From the NCBI GenBank assembly GCA_002348365.1, contig DEBC01000130.1, positions 15,224 to 79,223 of the forward strand: a stretch of 64,000 nt of DNA, read 5' to 3'. The stretch's first letter is position 1. The number at the start of each line of letters is the position of its first letter. The notes beneath the pieces are model-generated. The model worked only from the letters and a program-made list of their open reading frames with translations. It had not been told where the DNA came from and searched no databases. Shown one piece after another: positions 1 to 10,008 of the stretch. The position numbers and the translations under genes are program-made. Source of the DNA: Alphaproteobacteria bacterium UBA2966 (GTDB taxonomy: Bacteria > Pseudomonadota > Alphaproteobacteria > UBA2966).

Positions 1-1899
1 GGGACTGACATCCGCGACGGTCAGTGCAGCGAGAGGTTTCAATACCTGTTCTATGTGGGCTTTCAGCCAGCGATCCAGTCGCCGCTCCACGCGCTGCACG
101 ATCTCCCCGTCCAGTTCCATGGGAAGCAAAGAGAATCCGGGTTCCAGTGGCTCCTTTCCGACAGTGAGTCGTGCGACCGCTGTGCCGTTCCACTCCAGCG
201 TGAACTCCGAATTCAAGGTGATCGCTTCATCCCGCGCATCCGCAAGCTGGTTTCCGCGAGCATTGATCTCTCTCGCTACCACGCGTGTGGCGGCTGCCCG
301 CAACGCACGATTTCCGGAAGGTGAACCCGAGGGATCAGGGATGAACCGCAGACCGTCGATCTGCCCGAGTGAATGGCCATCCACTTGAACGCTACCATCG
401 CTGCCGACATGACCGTAGACCTGCTGGTTGTCATGTAGCCTGCGCATGAGGGCCGCGGTACGTTGGTCGACAAAGCGTTGCGTCAACCGATCGTGCAGAG
501 CGTCTGACAATCCGTCCTCGACAGCGCGTGCGCGCTCCTGCCAATGGCGCGCATCGGCCAGCCAGTCTCCCCGGTGGGAGATGTATGTCCAGGTCCGAAC
601 GTGTGCGATCCGAGTGGCCAGCGTGTCGATGTCGCCGTCCATCCGATCCAGTCTCGCAATGTGATCAGCCACCCAATCCGTTGGAAGAACGCCTGCGGGC
701 GACATGATGTGTGTGTAGATCCGACCCAGAAGGCGGGCATGTGCCTCGGCCATGGTCTTCCGGAAATCAGGGATCTGGCATACTTCCCAAAGCATGTTGA
801 CAGCGGCACGGCCCTTGGCGAGTGACGAAATCTCCGGCTCGGCAACCAGAGTCTTCAAGGCCAGATAGTCATCCGCTTCCCGAGTTCGAGTGAGGATGTC
901 CTGGTGAGACTCGGGTGGGGGTGCGTCGAGAGTGGCCAGCAAACCACTGGGCGATGTCACGTCGAGCGAAACGTTGCGCCATTGAATCGATCTGACTCGG
1001 CCGAACTGATGACCTTCGACCCGCTCGATCGTCTCGGTGGGCAATGAGCCGGCATCGGAAGTCGTACCGAAGGTTCCATCGCTCATGTGGCGGCCGGCTC
1101 GCCCGGCAATTTGACCAATCTCGGCTGGAGTCAGTTCGCGGCGCGCGACGCCGTCGAATTTCCTGAGGCTCGCGAACGCAACATGGTCGACATTGAGATT
1201 GAGGCCCATTCCGACGGCATCGGTCGCCACCAGATAGTCGACTTCGGCCGCTTCGAACATGGCGACCTGCGCGTTGCGGGTCCGCGGACTCAAGGCTCCC
1301 AGCACGACGGCCGCCCCCCCTCGATGCCGACGAATGAGTTCCGCCGTGGCGTAAACGTCAGGTGCCGAAAATGAGACGATCGCGCTGCGTTTCGGTAGCC
1401 GCGAGAGCTTTTTCTGTCCGCTGAACGTCAGCGTGGAGAAGCGTGGTCTGGAAACGAACTGGCAGTTCGGGACGAGACGCTTGACGATGGGCCGAATGGT
1501 ATCGGCGCCCAAAAATACCGTTTCTTCGCTTCCCCTGGCTCTGAGGAGGCGATCGGTGAATACATGGCCACGTTCGGAATCAGCCGCGAGCTGGACTTCA
1601 TCGATCGCAACGAAAGCGAAACGCCGTTCCATAGGCATCGCTTCAACCGTACAAACGAAGTAGTCGGGGTTGGCGGGAATGATCTTTTCCTCGCCGGTGA
1701 CCAGGGCCACGCGGGACCGACCCACACTCTGTTGAACCCGATCATAGATCTCGCGGGCCAACAGCCTCAGGGGCAATCCAATGATTCCATTGCGGTGACC
1801 GAGCATGCGCTCCACCGCGAAGTGCGTCTTACCTGTATTCGTAGGACCAAGGACGGCTGTGATCCGCCCTGGCGCGCCAGTGACACCAACAGGACTCAT
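1..1899 (-). CDS. Suv3-like superfamily-2 ATP-dependent helicase; the 3' end runs off the window start
   Basis: Reverse-strand translation from ATG (plus 1897-1899) reads MSPVGVTGAPGRITAVLGPTNTGKTHFAVERML... with Walker A GPTNTGKT and a DEAD/H-like AIDEVQ motif. It stays open to position 1, which is why it is absent from the ORF track. Confidence 0.75.
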   Translation of the reverse strand, partial: MSPVGVTGAPGRITAVLGPTNTGKTHFAVERMLGHRNGIIGLPLRLLAREIYDRVQQSVGRSRVALVTGEEKIIPANPDYFVCTVEAMPMERRFAFVAIDEVQLAADSERGHVFTDRLLRARGSEETVFLGADTIRPIVKRLVPNCQFVSRPRFSTLTFSGQKKLSRLPKRSAIVSFSAPDVYATAELIRRHRGGAAVVLGALSPRTRNAQVAMFEAAEVDYLVATDAVGMGLNLNVDHVAFASLRKFDGVARRELTPAEIGQIAGRAGRHMSDGTFGTTSDAGSLPTETIERVEGHQFGRVRSIQWRNVSLDVTSPSGLLATLDAPPPESHQDILTRTREADDYLALKTLVAEPEISSLAKGRAAVNMLWEVCQIPDFRKTMAEAHARLLGRIYTHIMSPAGVLPTDWVADHIARLDRMDGDIDTLATRIAHVRTWTYISHRGDWLADARHWQERARAVEDGLSDALHDRLTQRFVDQRTAALMRRLHDNQQVYGHVGSDGSVQVDGHSLGQIDGLRFIPDPSGSPSGNRALRAAATRVVAREINARGNQLADARDEAITLNSEFTLEWNGTAVARLTVGKEPLEPGFSLLPMELDGEIVQRVERRLDRWLKAHIEQVLKPLAALTVADVSP

Positions 1900-2119
1900 C
1901 ACCTCTAACATCGGCTCTCACGGCTCGCGATGCAACAACTGCGATGGTAAATAACATCGGAATCTATTGATATGCTTCCGCCCGTGCGGGGCGGCGGACC
2001 GAAGACGCGAGTGCAGGGTCGGACTCGGGCCAGTGGCAATTCAAAAGCGCCATTTGACTTGAGATCGGGGTTTCCCATACTTGCACCCATGTATCTTCAC
2101 GTCGGCGATTGGCGGGACG

Positions 2120-4267
2120 ATGAGCGAATCTGAAGACAAGCTGACTGAAGACTGGCGTGGGCTGGCCGAGAAGGAACTCAAGGGCCGGAATCCGGACGGT
2201 CTCCTTTGGGAGACGCCGGAAGGAATCCCCGTCAAACCACTTTATACGGCAGCCGATCTCGAGGACATCGAGACCAACTCCCTGCCCGGCATCGCGCCTT
2301 TCACCCGCGGGCCTCGTGCCACGATGTATGCCGGCCGTCCCTGGACACTCCGCCAGTATGCGGGCTTTTCCACGGCCGAGGAGTCGAATGCGTTCTACCG
2401 GCGAAACCTGGCGGCCGGTCAAAAGGGTCTGTCGGTCGCCTTCGATCTTGCGACACATCGTGGATACGATTCGGACCACCCGCGCGTCGAGGGAGATGTG
2501 GGCAAGGCCGGCGTCGCCATCGACTCGGTCGAGGATATGAAGCGCTTGTTCGAGGAGATTCCCCTTGGAGAGATGAGTGTTTCGATGACCATGAACGGTG
2601 CCGTTCTCCCGGTACTGGCCGGTTATATCGTGGCGGCGGAGGAACAGGGCGTAAGCCAGGCTGAACTCACAGGGACCATCCAGAACGATATCCTCAAGGA
2701 GTTCATGGTTCGAAACACCTACATCTATCCGCCAGAGCCTTCGATGCGGATCGTTGCCGATATCATCGCCCATACGGCTTCGAACATGCCTCGGTTCAAC
2801 TCTATCTCCATTTCCGGCTATCACATGCAGGAAGCCGGAGCCACGTCGGTACAGGAATTGGCCTTCACACTCGCTGATGGCGTCGAGTATGTACGCGCCG
2901 CATTGTCCAAAGGCCTGGACGTCGATAAATTCGCGCCACGTCTTTCCTTCTTTTTCTGCATTGGCATGAACTTCTTCATGGAGATCGCCAAACTGCGGGC
3001 CGCACGTAAGCTGTGGTCCGAATTGATGGCGCCGTTCGAGCCCCAGGATGCGCGGTCTTCCATGTTGCGAACGCATTGCCAGACCAGCGGTGTTTCTCTG
3101 ACCGAGCAGGATCCATACAACAATATCGTTCGTACGGCCTACGAAGCGCTCGCCGCAGCTTTGGGCGGCACCCAAAGCTTGCATACGAATGCCTTCGACG
3201 AGGCTCTGGCATTGCCGACAGACGCGTCAGCCCGGGTGGCCCGAAATACCCAACTTATCCTCCAGGAGGAGACCGGCATAACCCGCGTGGTCGATCCTCT
3301 TGGCGGCAGCTACTACGTTGAATCGCTGACCGACGCGATGGTTGTCGAAGCGCGTAAAATCATCGACGAAATTGAGGCATTGGGGGGTATGACCAAGGCG
3401 GTGTCTGAGGGCATGCCCAAGATGCGTATCGAGGAAAGCGCCGCCCGCAAGCAGGCGCGTATCGACCGTGGGGAAGAGGTGATTGTCGGGGTTAACAAAT
3501 ACCTGCCCGAAGAAAGCTCGGCCGATGTGGAACTGCTGGAAATCGACAACGCCAAGGTCCGTGAACAACAGATCGAGCGTCTGCAACAGATAAGAGCCAC
3601 CCGCGACAACAATGCTACACAGGCTGCGCTTCAGGCGCTCGAGGACGGAGCGCGTGGTGACGGAAACTTGCTTGCCCTCAGCATCAAGGCTGTACGCGCA
3701 CGGGCAACGGTGGGAGAGGTGTCGGATGCCTTGGAACGTGTATTTGGACGGCATCGTGCGGAGGCTCGTAGCGTGACGGGCGTATATGGTGGTGCCTACG
3801 CCGAAGATGACGGGTTCGCCCGCATCCAACGTGAAACCGAAGCATTTGCGCGTTCTGAAGGACGGCGCCCGCGCATTCTGATTGCCAAGCTCGGCCAGGA
3901 TGGGCACGACCGTGGAGCAAAGGTGATCGCTTCCGCCTTCGCTGACATCGGATTCGATGTCGATATCGGTCCGCTGTTCCAGACCCCGGAGGAAGCGGCC
4001 CTACAGGCCATCGAGAATGATGTGCACGTCATCGGTGTCTCTTCTCAAGCGGCTGCCCACAAAACGCTGGTGCCACAACTCATTGACGAGCTGAAGCAGC
4101 AGGGCGCGGGCGATATCGTAGTGGTGGTCGGCGGCGTTGTGCCGCCTAAGGACTATGACGAGCTCAAAGCCGTGGGTGTATCCGCAGTGTTCGGGCCTGG
4201 AACCAATATCACCGAGGCGGCGTCAGAGGTGATCGGCCTGATTCAAGGTCGTGCTCAGGCTGCATAG
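2120..4267 (+). CDS. mcmA: methylmalonyl-CoA mutase large (alpha) subunit with C-terminal B12-binding domain
   Basis: 716 aa starting [43 protein letters not shown]..., with the [51 protein letters not shown] signature and a C-terminal cobalamin-binding Rossmann region. ATG at 2120 is preferred over the ORF-track TTG at 2081. Confidence 0.9.
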   Translation: MSESEDKLTEDWRGLAEKELKGRNPDGLLWETPEGIPVKPLYTAADLEDIETNSLPGIAPFTRGPRATMYAGRPWTLRQYAGFSTAEESNAFYRRNLAAGQKGLSVAFDLATHRGYDSDHPRVEGDVGKAGVAIDSVEDMKRLFEEIPLGEMSVSMTMNGAVLPVLAGYIVAAEEQGVSQAELTGTIQNDILKEFMVRNTYIYPPEPSMRIVADIIAHTASNMPRFNSISISGYHMQEAGATSVQELAFTLADGVEYVRAALSKGLDVDKFAPRLSFFFCIGMNFFMEIAKLRAARKLWSELMAPFEPQDARSSMLRTHCQTSGVSLTEQDPYNNIVRTAYEALAAALGGTQSLHTNAFDEALALPTDASARVARNTQLILQEETGITRVVDPLGGSYYVESLTDAMVVEARKIIDEIEALGGMTKAVSEGMPKMRIEESAARKQARIDRGEEVIVGVNKYLPEESSADVELLEIDNAKVREQQIERLQQIRATRDNNATQAALQALEDGARGDGNLLALSIKAVRARATVGEVSDALERVFGRHRAEARSVTGVYGGAYAEDDGFARIQRETEAFARSEGRRPRILIAKLGQDGHDRGAKVIASAFADIGFDVDIGPLFQTPEEAALQAIENDVHVIGVSSQAAAHKTLVPQLIDELKQQGAGDIVVVVGGVVPPKDYDELKAVGVSAVFGPGTNITEAASEVIGLIQGRAQAA

Positions 4268-4300
4268 CATGGGCCGGCAGGTCGTCCGTCGTCTCTCGAG

Positions 4301-4696
4301 TTAAGCGCCACTTCCTTCAGGTGCCGCTTCGCCACCGCTTGCGGAGGAGCCGCGCGATCGCGTCGCGCTTCCCGCACTCCTCTTGCGCGGAGTCTTACAT
4401 GTCGCGGTTTTGTTCCCTGCGGCGCCCTTGGGCCATTTTGCAAACGGGTACGGCATGTCTTCCGTACGGAACGTCAGAAAACGAACGATGTCTGCGATGT
4501 ACGTGCTGAGGGCATCGCCGAAGGCGACGAGCTGATCGAGGGGATTTCCGGTGAAAAGCTTGAACAGAAACTGGACAAGCACGATGACGGCAATGATGAG
4601 TTCGGCAACGTTGAACGCCACGATGAACAGGATCATGTAGAGCAACCGCATCCATGTTGGTCGCGAAGTGACGTGCTCTTTCAAATCGTCGGCCAT
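4301..4696 (-). CDS. hypothetical small membrane protein
   Basis: 131-aa ORF with a central hydrophobic stretch (LLYMILFIVAFNVAELIIAVIVLVQFLF); TAA stop. No family assigned. Confidence 0.4.
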   Translation of the reverse strand: MADDLKEHVTSRPTWMRLLYMILFIVAFNVAELIIAVIVLVQFLFKLFTGNPLDQLVAFGDALSTYIADIVRFLTFRTEDMPYPFAKWPKGAAGNKTATCKTPRKRSAGSATRSRGSSASGGEAAPEGSGA

Positions 4697-5069
4697 TGGT
4701 CTGACTTTCCCCGAATACTGAATTCATCACGTACGTGGGAATGCGCTCTGTCGAGTTCAAGGGTCGAGCGTACCTAGATGATCTAACTCATTCCTGCTTT
4801 CAATATCGGAATGCATACCAGATGTGCTAAAAAATTAGCTGGCGAGCCCAACATATTGGTGCTGGCAGCCGTTGGGCCATGAAACAGTGCGTTATCGGTT
4901 TGGTGAGGGTATTGCGGCACAGTGGCGCGCAAGACCAGTCCCTTCACGAAACGCCATAAAGGCGGCGTGCGACGGCTCCGGATAGTGTGCGAATTGTGCG
5001 AGGGCACTGATATCGAAGGCAGAGACAACGCGTTACACTGCTTGGTCTCTTGGGTCCGATCACTCGGAA

Positions 5070-5477
5070 TTGCGAGGTGAAGACGTGCGACTGGTTCCCA
5101 AATTCCTCTCCCGCCGCCGAAAAAAGGGCGAAGAAACCGACGTGGATGACGTCGATTCCGAGGAGGACGACGTCGACGACGAAGATGAGAGGACCGAGGT
5201 CAAGACTGAGCGGGTTCGGGATGCCAACGAACCGATCGAACTCAAAATCGACGTTCCGGAAGAATTGCCAGATCCAGAAGATCCCGAAGTCGCAGAAGTG
5301 ACAGAGTCGGAAACCAGTTCGAAGCCTCAAACGCGTGAGGAACTCGTTCAGGAAGCCCTTGCCAACCGCGCCAAGGCGAAGAAGGTATTCGATGAACTCA
5401 GTCCCGAGACCCGCGATCGTATTTTCACGGCCGTGCTCGGGCCGGACTGGAAATCGCAATACGATGACGATGCATGA
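5070..5477 (+). CDS. hypothetical highly acidic protein, translationally coupled to meaB
   Basis: 135 aa with a basic N-terminus (FLSRRRKKGEE) followed by a long D/E tract (TDVDDVDSEEDDVDDEDERTE...). Third-position GC is high. Its TGA stop overlaps the meaB ATG (ATGA at 5474-5477). The start may be TTG 5070 or GTG 5085. Confidence 0.45.
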   Translation: MRGEDVRLVPKFLSRRRKKGEETDVDDVDSEEDDVDDEDERTEVKTERVRDANEPIELKIDVPEELPDPEDPEVAEVTESETSSKPQTREELVQEALANRAKAKKVFDELSPETRDRIFTAVLGPDWKSQYDDDA

Positions 5478-6505
5478 CCGGGACGCCTGAGCCCCAATCG
5501 GAACGGAACGAGGACCACGATATCGAAGAACTCGCGGCAAGGGTTCGCGAGGGGGACCGGCGTGCGCTGGGGCGCGCGATCACACTGATTGAGTCGAGAC
5601 GTCCTGCCGACCAATACCGAGCTTTGGCGCTGCTCGATTCGTTGCTGGAACATGCCGGCAATTCGATCCGTGTCGGCATCTCCGGTGCACCCGGCGTCGG
5701 GAAGTCCACATTTATCGAGGCTGTCGGTGTCGATCTCACGGCAGCGGGACACCGCGTGGCCGTCCTCGCCGTGGATCCGTCCTCGACCAGGTCGGGGGGC
5801 TCCATCCTGGGCGACAAGACGCGCATGGAATCATTGTCGCGTGATCCGGCAGCCTTTATCCGACCGTCTCCTTCGAGTGGGACCCTTGGCGGTGTGGCCA
5901 GACGTACGCGAGAAGCGATGCTCGTGTGCGAGGCGGCGGGCTTCGACGTTGTTATCGTGGAGACGATCGGCGTCGGCCAATCGGAAACAGCGGTCGCGGA
6001 CATGGTCGATTCGTTCCTGCTGTTGATTGCGCCCGGCGGCGGCGATGAACTGCAGGGGATCAAGAGAGGCATCGTCGAGATCGCGGACCTTGTAGTCGTT
6101 AACAAGGCAGACGGAGACCTTGCAGGGCAGGCCAAAGTCATCGCTGCAGACTACACCGGCGCACTGCACCTGCTACGTCCGGCGACCAAGTTCTGGACCC
6201 CTCACGTCGTGACATGTTCTGCTTTGGAGAGGGTCGGAATTGGCGATGTCTGGCAGGCTGTCCAAGAACACCAGGAGGCGCTACGAGAGGGCGGGGAGCT
6301 GGGTCGACGGCGCGAGGCGCAAGCCCGCCACTGGATGTGGAGCGAAGTCAGCGAGAGCTTGCTCGCGGCGTTGCGCGATGAACCAGCGGTCGCGGTCCTA
6401 ATTCCGGAACTCGAAAACGCGGTCACTTCCGGACGCATGACCCCAGGTACTGCTGCACGCGCCCTGCTCGATGTGTTCCGGGGCACTGCAGATCAAGTGC
6501 GCTAG
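5474..6505 (+). CDS. meaB: methylmalonyl-CoA mutase-associated GTPase MeaB (ArgK family)
   Basis: 343 aa with P-loop GISGAPGVGKSTFIEAVG, a G-domain and the MeaB C-terminal dimerization region; downstream of mcm. Confidence 0.9.
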   Translation: MTGTPEPQSERNEDHDIEELAARVREGDRRALGRAITLIESRRPADQYRALALLDSLLEHAGNSIRVGISGAPGVGKSTFIEAVGVDLTAAGHRVAVLAVDPSSTRSGGSILGDKTRMESLSRDPAAFIRPSPSSGTLGGVARRTREAMLVCEAAGFDVVIVETIGVGQSETAVADMVDSFLLLIAPGGGDELQGIKRGIVEIADLVVVNKADGDLAGQAKVIAADYTGALHLLRPATKFWTPHVVTCSALERVGIGDVWQAVQEHQEALREGGELGRRREAQARHWMWSEVSESLLAALRDEPAVAVLIPELENAVTSGRMTPGTAARALLDVFRGTADQVR

Positions 6506-6539
6506 CGGCTCTCTGACTAGAGATCGTCCGGGGCGTCTT

Positions 6540-7007
6540 TCAGCAGGAGAGGTGCCGCTGGACATCGGGACGCGCATGTTGCGCGGCAGTCCATTTCTCC
6601 AGAATTCTGCCGATCTTGTCTTGCGGCAGGCCGAGACTGACGAGGCATTCACCACTGCGCGCCAGGTCTTCGTACACTGCGATCTCGCTGCCTCGCAGTT
6701 TGAAGCAGCCCACACCCTCGATGATCACGCGCCGACCCTTGTTTTCAGGCCGTCGGGAGTCGTAGCTGAACAGCCAGCGCGCGTATCCGGTGACGTCATC
6801 AGTGACCGGATCAATCATTTCCCAGAGAAAGTTCTCGCCATCGCGATGGAACAGGCCGAGCATGTCGGAAATGGCGTCCCGACCCTGATGACGTCCGTAG
6901 AACATGTCGTCGTATATGCCGTCAGACGTAAACAACGCTGCAAGTTCCTGGCCGTTACCGGCTTCGACGGCATGGCAGAAATTTTCGAGCAGGGCAGTAA
7001 AATTCAC
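6540..7007 (-). CDS. NTF2-like/SnoaL-like family protein
   Basis: 155 aa (MNFTALLENFCHAVEAGNGQELAALFTSDGIYDDMFYGRHQGRDAI...) with the typical SnoaL-like length and pattern. Confidence 0.5.
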   Translation of the reverse strand: MNFTALLENFCHAVEAGNGQELAALFTSDGIYDDMFYGRHQGRDAISDMLGLFHRDGENFLWEMIDPVTDDVTGYARWLFSYDSRRPENKGRRVIIEGVGCFKLRGSEIAVYEDLARSGECLVSLGLPQDKIGRILEKWTAAQHARPDVQRHLSC

Positions 7008-7154
7008 GGAATGGCTCCGGTTACTGGCAATGATAGGCGAGGCGCTGTCGCTTGACGGTCCACGGGGGATGCCTTAAGAAGCGCACGCTCAACGGGCCTC
7101 AGGCCCGGTGGGCAGTCTCAGACATCCTAGCAGACGGCGAAATAGGTGGCCGAT

Positions 7155-7442
7155 ATGGCACGACGTTGCGAATTGACAGGAAAGTCCGTGTTGTCGGGCA
7201 ACAATGTAAGCCACGCGCACAACAAGACGCGACGGCGCTATTTGCCGAATATTCAGCGCGTGTCGATCTTCAGCGAGGTATTGGGCCGCCCCATTCGTCT
7301 CAAGGTGGCGGCGAGCGCCATCCGCACCGTGGAGCACGCTGGTGGTTTGGACAAGTTCCTCTCAGACGCCAAGGAAGACAAGCTTTCGGCTAACGCCAGG
7401 CGCGTGCGGCGCGAGATCATCAAGGCTCAGGCTGCCAACTAG
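7155..7442 (+). CDS. rpmB: 50S ribosomal protein L28
   Basis: [37 protein letters not shown]... A Shine-Dalgarno AGGTGG lies 5 nt upstream of ATG 7155. Confidence 0.9.
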   Translation: MARRCELTGKSVLSGNNVSHAHNKTRRRYLPNIQRVSIFSEVLGRPIRLKVAASAIRTVEHAGGLDKFLSDAKEDKLSANARRVRREIIKAQAAN

Positions 7443-7529
7443 TTTCGCTCTCTCAAGTGTGAGGGGCGACAGAGCGCTTTCGGAAGTCGGGACAGCGGCG
7501 AATTTCACCCCTTTCGACGCGAGGCCGGC

Positions 7530-8102
7530 ATGAACGAACCGTCAGATACTACAGGACAACTGCTGCGGGCCTTGTGGCTGCCCATCGCGGCCATGGTTGT
7601 CGTGGTCGTTGTATCCAATATCGCTGTCCAGTATCCGATCAACGACTGGATCACCTGGGGTGCTCTCACCTATCCCGTGGCCTTTCTGGTGACTGATCTG
7701 ACAAACCGAAGGTTCGGAGTTGGCGCGACACGCCGGGTCGTTTACGTCGGGTTCGCCATCGCCGTGGTGCTTTCCATATGGGCGGCAGGACCAAGGATCG
7801 CCATTGCATCGGGGAGTGCATTTTTGGCGGCCCAGCTTCTCGACGTTCTGATCTTTGACCGGTTGCGCCGGTCGGAGGCGTGGTGGCGGGCACCGCTGGT
7901 ATCGTCACTGTCCGCCTCAGCCCTTGATACCGCCTTGTTCTTCTCCATCGCCTTTGCCGGCGCTGGTCTTCCCTGGGTCACCTGGGGGCTCGGCGACTTT
8001 GGCGTCAAGGTGGCGATGGCACTGGCCCTGCTGATTCCATTCAGGGCAATGATGGGCTTTGTTTCGCCCTCAGCGCTTGAAACGCGCCGGACTGCCGCAT
8101 AG
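7530..8102 (+). CDS. queuosine-precursor transporter, YhhQ/VUT family (DUF165)
   Basis: 190-aa polytopic membrane protein (PINDWITWGALTYPVAFLVTDLTNRRFGVGATRRVVYVGFAIAVV...) resembling YhhQ. Confidence 0.6.
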   Translation: MNEPSDTTGQLLRALWLPIAAMVVVVVVSNIAVQYPINDWITWGALTYPVAFLVTDLTNRRFGVGATRRVVYVGFAIAVVLSIWAAGPRIAIASGSAFLAAQLLDVLIFDRLRRSEAWWRAPLVSSLSASALDTALFFSIAFAGAGLPWVTWGLGDFGVKVAMALALLIPFRAMMGFVSPSALETRRTAA

Positions 8103-9005
8103 GCGGCGCAACCTGCCGTCAATGACGGCCAGCCCGACACTGATAAGCGCCATGCCTGTGAAGTGGCGGACATCCAATTGCTCGCCGAGAATCAATGTTC
8201 CGAGCAGGATGGCACTGACAGGTACGAGGAACGTGACCAGCAGAAGATTCGTCGCCCCGGCGGTGGCGAGGATACGGAAATAGATAACGTAGGCGAGTAC
8301 CGTGGAGAACAGTGCCAGGGCAATAACGGCGCCAATTGTCCAACCATCGGGCAGAGCGAGGGCCCAGGGTTGATCGACGACCAGCGTCAAGGGAATGAAT
8401 ATCACCGTTGACGCGGTGAGTTGACCGGTCGCGGTCGTCATCGGAGAGAGTTCCATCCGGACGAACCGACGTCCATAGATTCCCGCGAACGCATACGAGA
8501 CTCCCGCTCCAAGGACAGCAAGCTGTCCCGCAACGCTGCCATCGAATGTGCGCAGGACATCGGGTCCGATCATCAGGGCGACTCCGATGAAACCGACCAC
8601 CACACCCAACATCCGCGCGCTTGTCGCTTTTTCATCTGTCGTCAGGACATGAGCTACGAGAACCGTAAGCAGGGGTGTCGTCGCGTTGAGGATGGAGGCA
8701 AGGCCGCTGTCGATGTGGGTTTGACCCCAGACAATCAGGGTGAACGGCATCAGGTTGTTGAGGATTCCCATGACCAGGAATGCTCTCCACACGTGGAGAC
8801 CGTGCGGCATCCGCACACCCGCAAGGGGTAGCAGGATGTTCAGTGCCAGCGCCGCCAAACCGACCCGCAGAACGACGACGGTCAAGGGCGGCAATGATGC
8901 CACCGCGACTTCCATGAAGAAGAACGATCCACCCCAGAAATCGGACAGGGTCACGAGCAGCGTCCATTCCAGGCCGCCCATGGTCGTTTGAACTTGCGTG
9001 GCCAT
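8070..9005 (-). CDS. EamA/DMT-family transporter
   Basis: 311 aa, about 10 TM segments and duplicated EamA-like halves; its 3' end overlaps the convergent upstream gene by 33 nt. Confidence 0.75.
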   Translation of the reverse strand: MATQVQTTMGGLEWTLLVTLSDFWGGSFFFMEVAVASLPPLTVVVLRVGLAALALNILLPLAGVRMPHGLHVWRAFLVMGILNNLMPFTLIVWGQTHIDSGLASILNATTPLLTVLVAHVLTTDEKATSARMLGVVVGFIGVALMIGPDVLRTFDGSVAGQLAVLGAGVSYAFAGIYGRRFVRMELSPMTTATGQLTASTVIFIPLTLVVDQPWALALPDGWTIGAVIALALFSTVLAYVIYFRILATAGATNLLLVTFLVPVSAILLGTLILGEQLDVRHFTGMALISVGLAVIDGRLRRLCGSPARFKR

Positions 9006-9213
9006 GGCCCTTCAGACGCTAAGACAGGGGAATTTCATTCACAGAATCTAGGGGCGTTCGGAGCCCGGGACATTCCCATACTTGCGGTCACATTTCAGCG
9101 ATCTCGAAAATATGTGGATTGGTTTGCGACCGCTCCGTGTTTGATAATCACGGCATGTCCCGATCAAAGGGCCGGTCACACAAGAATTCTTCATATGGGG
9201 AGGATTAAGAAAC

Positions 9214-9972
9214 ATTTACGCACGACGTTCGATCATCAAGCGTGTCGCCGGGCTTCCGCTTGCCGCCGTGCTGGCGGATCCGCTGCTGGCGCAGGCCGCT
9301 GCCGCGACGCTTGAGACCGTATCCCTGCGCACTTCAGGCGGCCAGGATGTTTCGGCGTCCCTCGCAAGACCTTCCGCGGCCAAGGCCCCTACGATCATGC
9401 TGATACATGAATGGTGGGGATTGAACGACCAGATCAAGGCTGTAGACCGGGAATTTGCCAACGAGGGATATCTGGCGCTCGCCATCGATCTCTATGGCGG
9501 AAAAGTTGTCTCGGTTCCTGACGATGCGCGCAGCTTTATGAAACAGGTTGATCCCGAGGTTGCAACGGATACCGTCTCCTCTTGGGTCGACTGGTTGCGC
9601 ATTCACGATCGTGGCAACGGGAACGTCGCGACCATCGGTTAGTGTTTTGGGGGCGGCTGGTCCCTGAACACGTCGCTGGCGGTGCCGGTTGATGCGACAA
9701 TCGTCTACTACGGCAATGTTACCAAGACTGCGGACCAGTTGAAGTCCCTAAAGGGACCCGTCCTCGGACACTTCGCGGCCAAGGACAAGTGGATCAATCA
9801 GAAAATGATCGATGGCTTCGAGGCGGGAATGAAAGGTGCGGGCAAAACCTTCGAGACCCACTGGTACGAGGCCAATCATGCATTTGCCAATCCAACCCAG
9901 GCCCGCTACGACGAAGCGGACGCCAAGCTGGCTTGGCAACGTACGCTCGCGTTCTTGAAGAAACACGTTTAG
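9214..9972 (+). pseudogene. dienelactone hydrolase family protein with Tat-type signal, interrupted by in-frame TAG at 9640-9642
   Basis: One frame reads ...RRSIIKRVAGLPLAAVLADPLLAQAAAA... (Tat-like), then ...MLIHEWWGLNDQIKAVDREFANEGYLALAIDLYGG...NGNVATIG*CFGGGW...ANHAFANP. The TAG sits one codon before the catalytic Cys of the G-x-C-x-G-G motif, splitting the gene into ORFs 9268-9642 and 9682-9972. There is no ATG/GTG/TTG in frame upstream of the RR motif; ATT 9214 has a GGAGG 10 nt upstream. Confidence 0.7.
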
Positions 9973-10008
9973 ACCGGATTTCCCGAGCCGCCAGGGGGCT
10001 TCGCGCGG

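Noticed and set aside
1964-3184. 406-aa ORF on the minus strand
   Set aside because: It is antisense to the methylmalonyl-CoA mutase gene and has no recognisable domain; long spurious antisense ORFs are expected in a 62% GC sequence.
4944-6141. Minus-strand ORFs 4944-5540 and 5425-6141
   Set aside because: They are antisense to the acidic protein and meaB and show no homology, and the plus-strand genes are supported by coupling and by conserved MeaB motifs.
8988-9314. ORF starting MNLRGHGPS..., containing the only ATG near the DLH 5' end
   Set aside because: It is out of frame with the dienelactone hydrolase Tat signal, has no Shine-Dalgarno sequence at the internal ATG 9195, and an Arg/Ala-rich product. 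It is kept only as an alternative (5' frameshift) explanation in the DLH finding.
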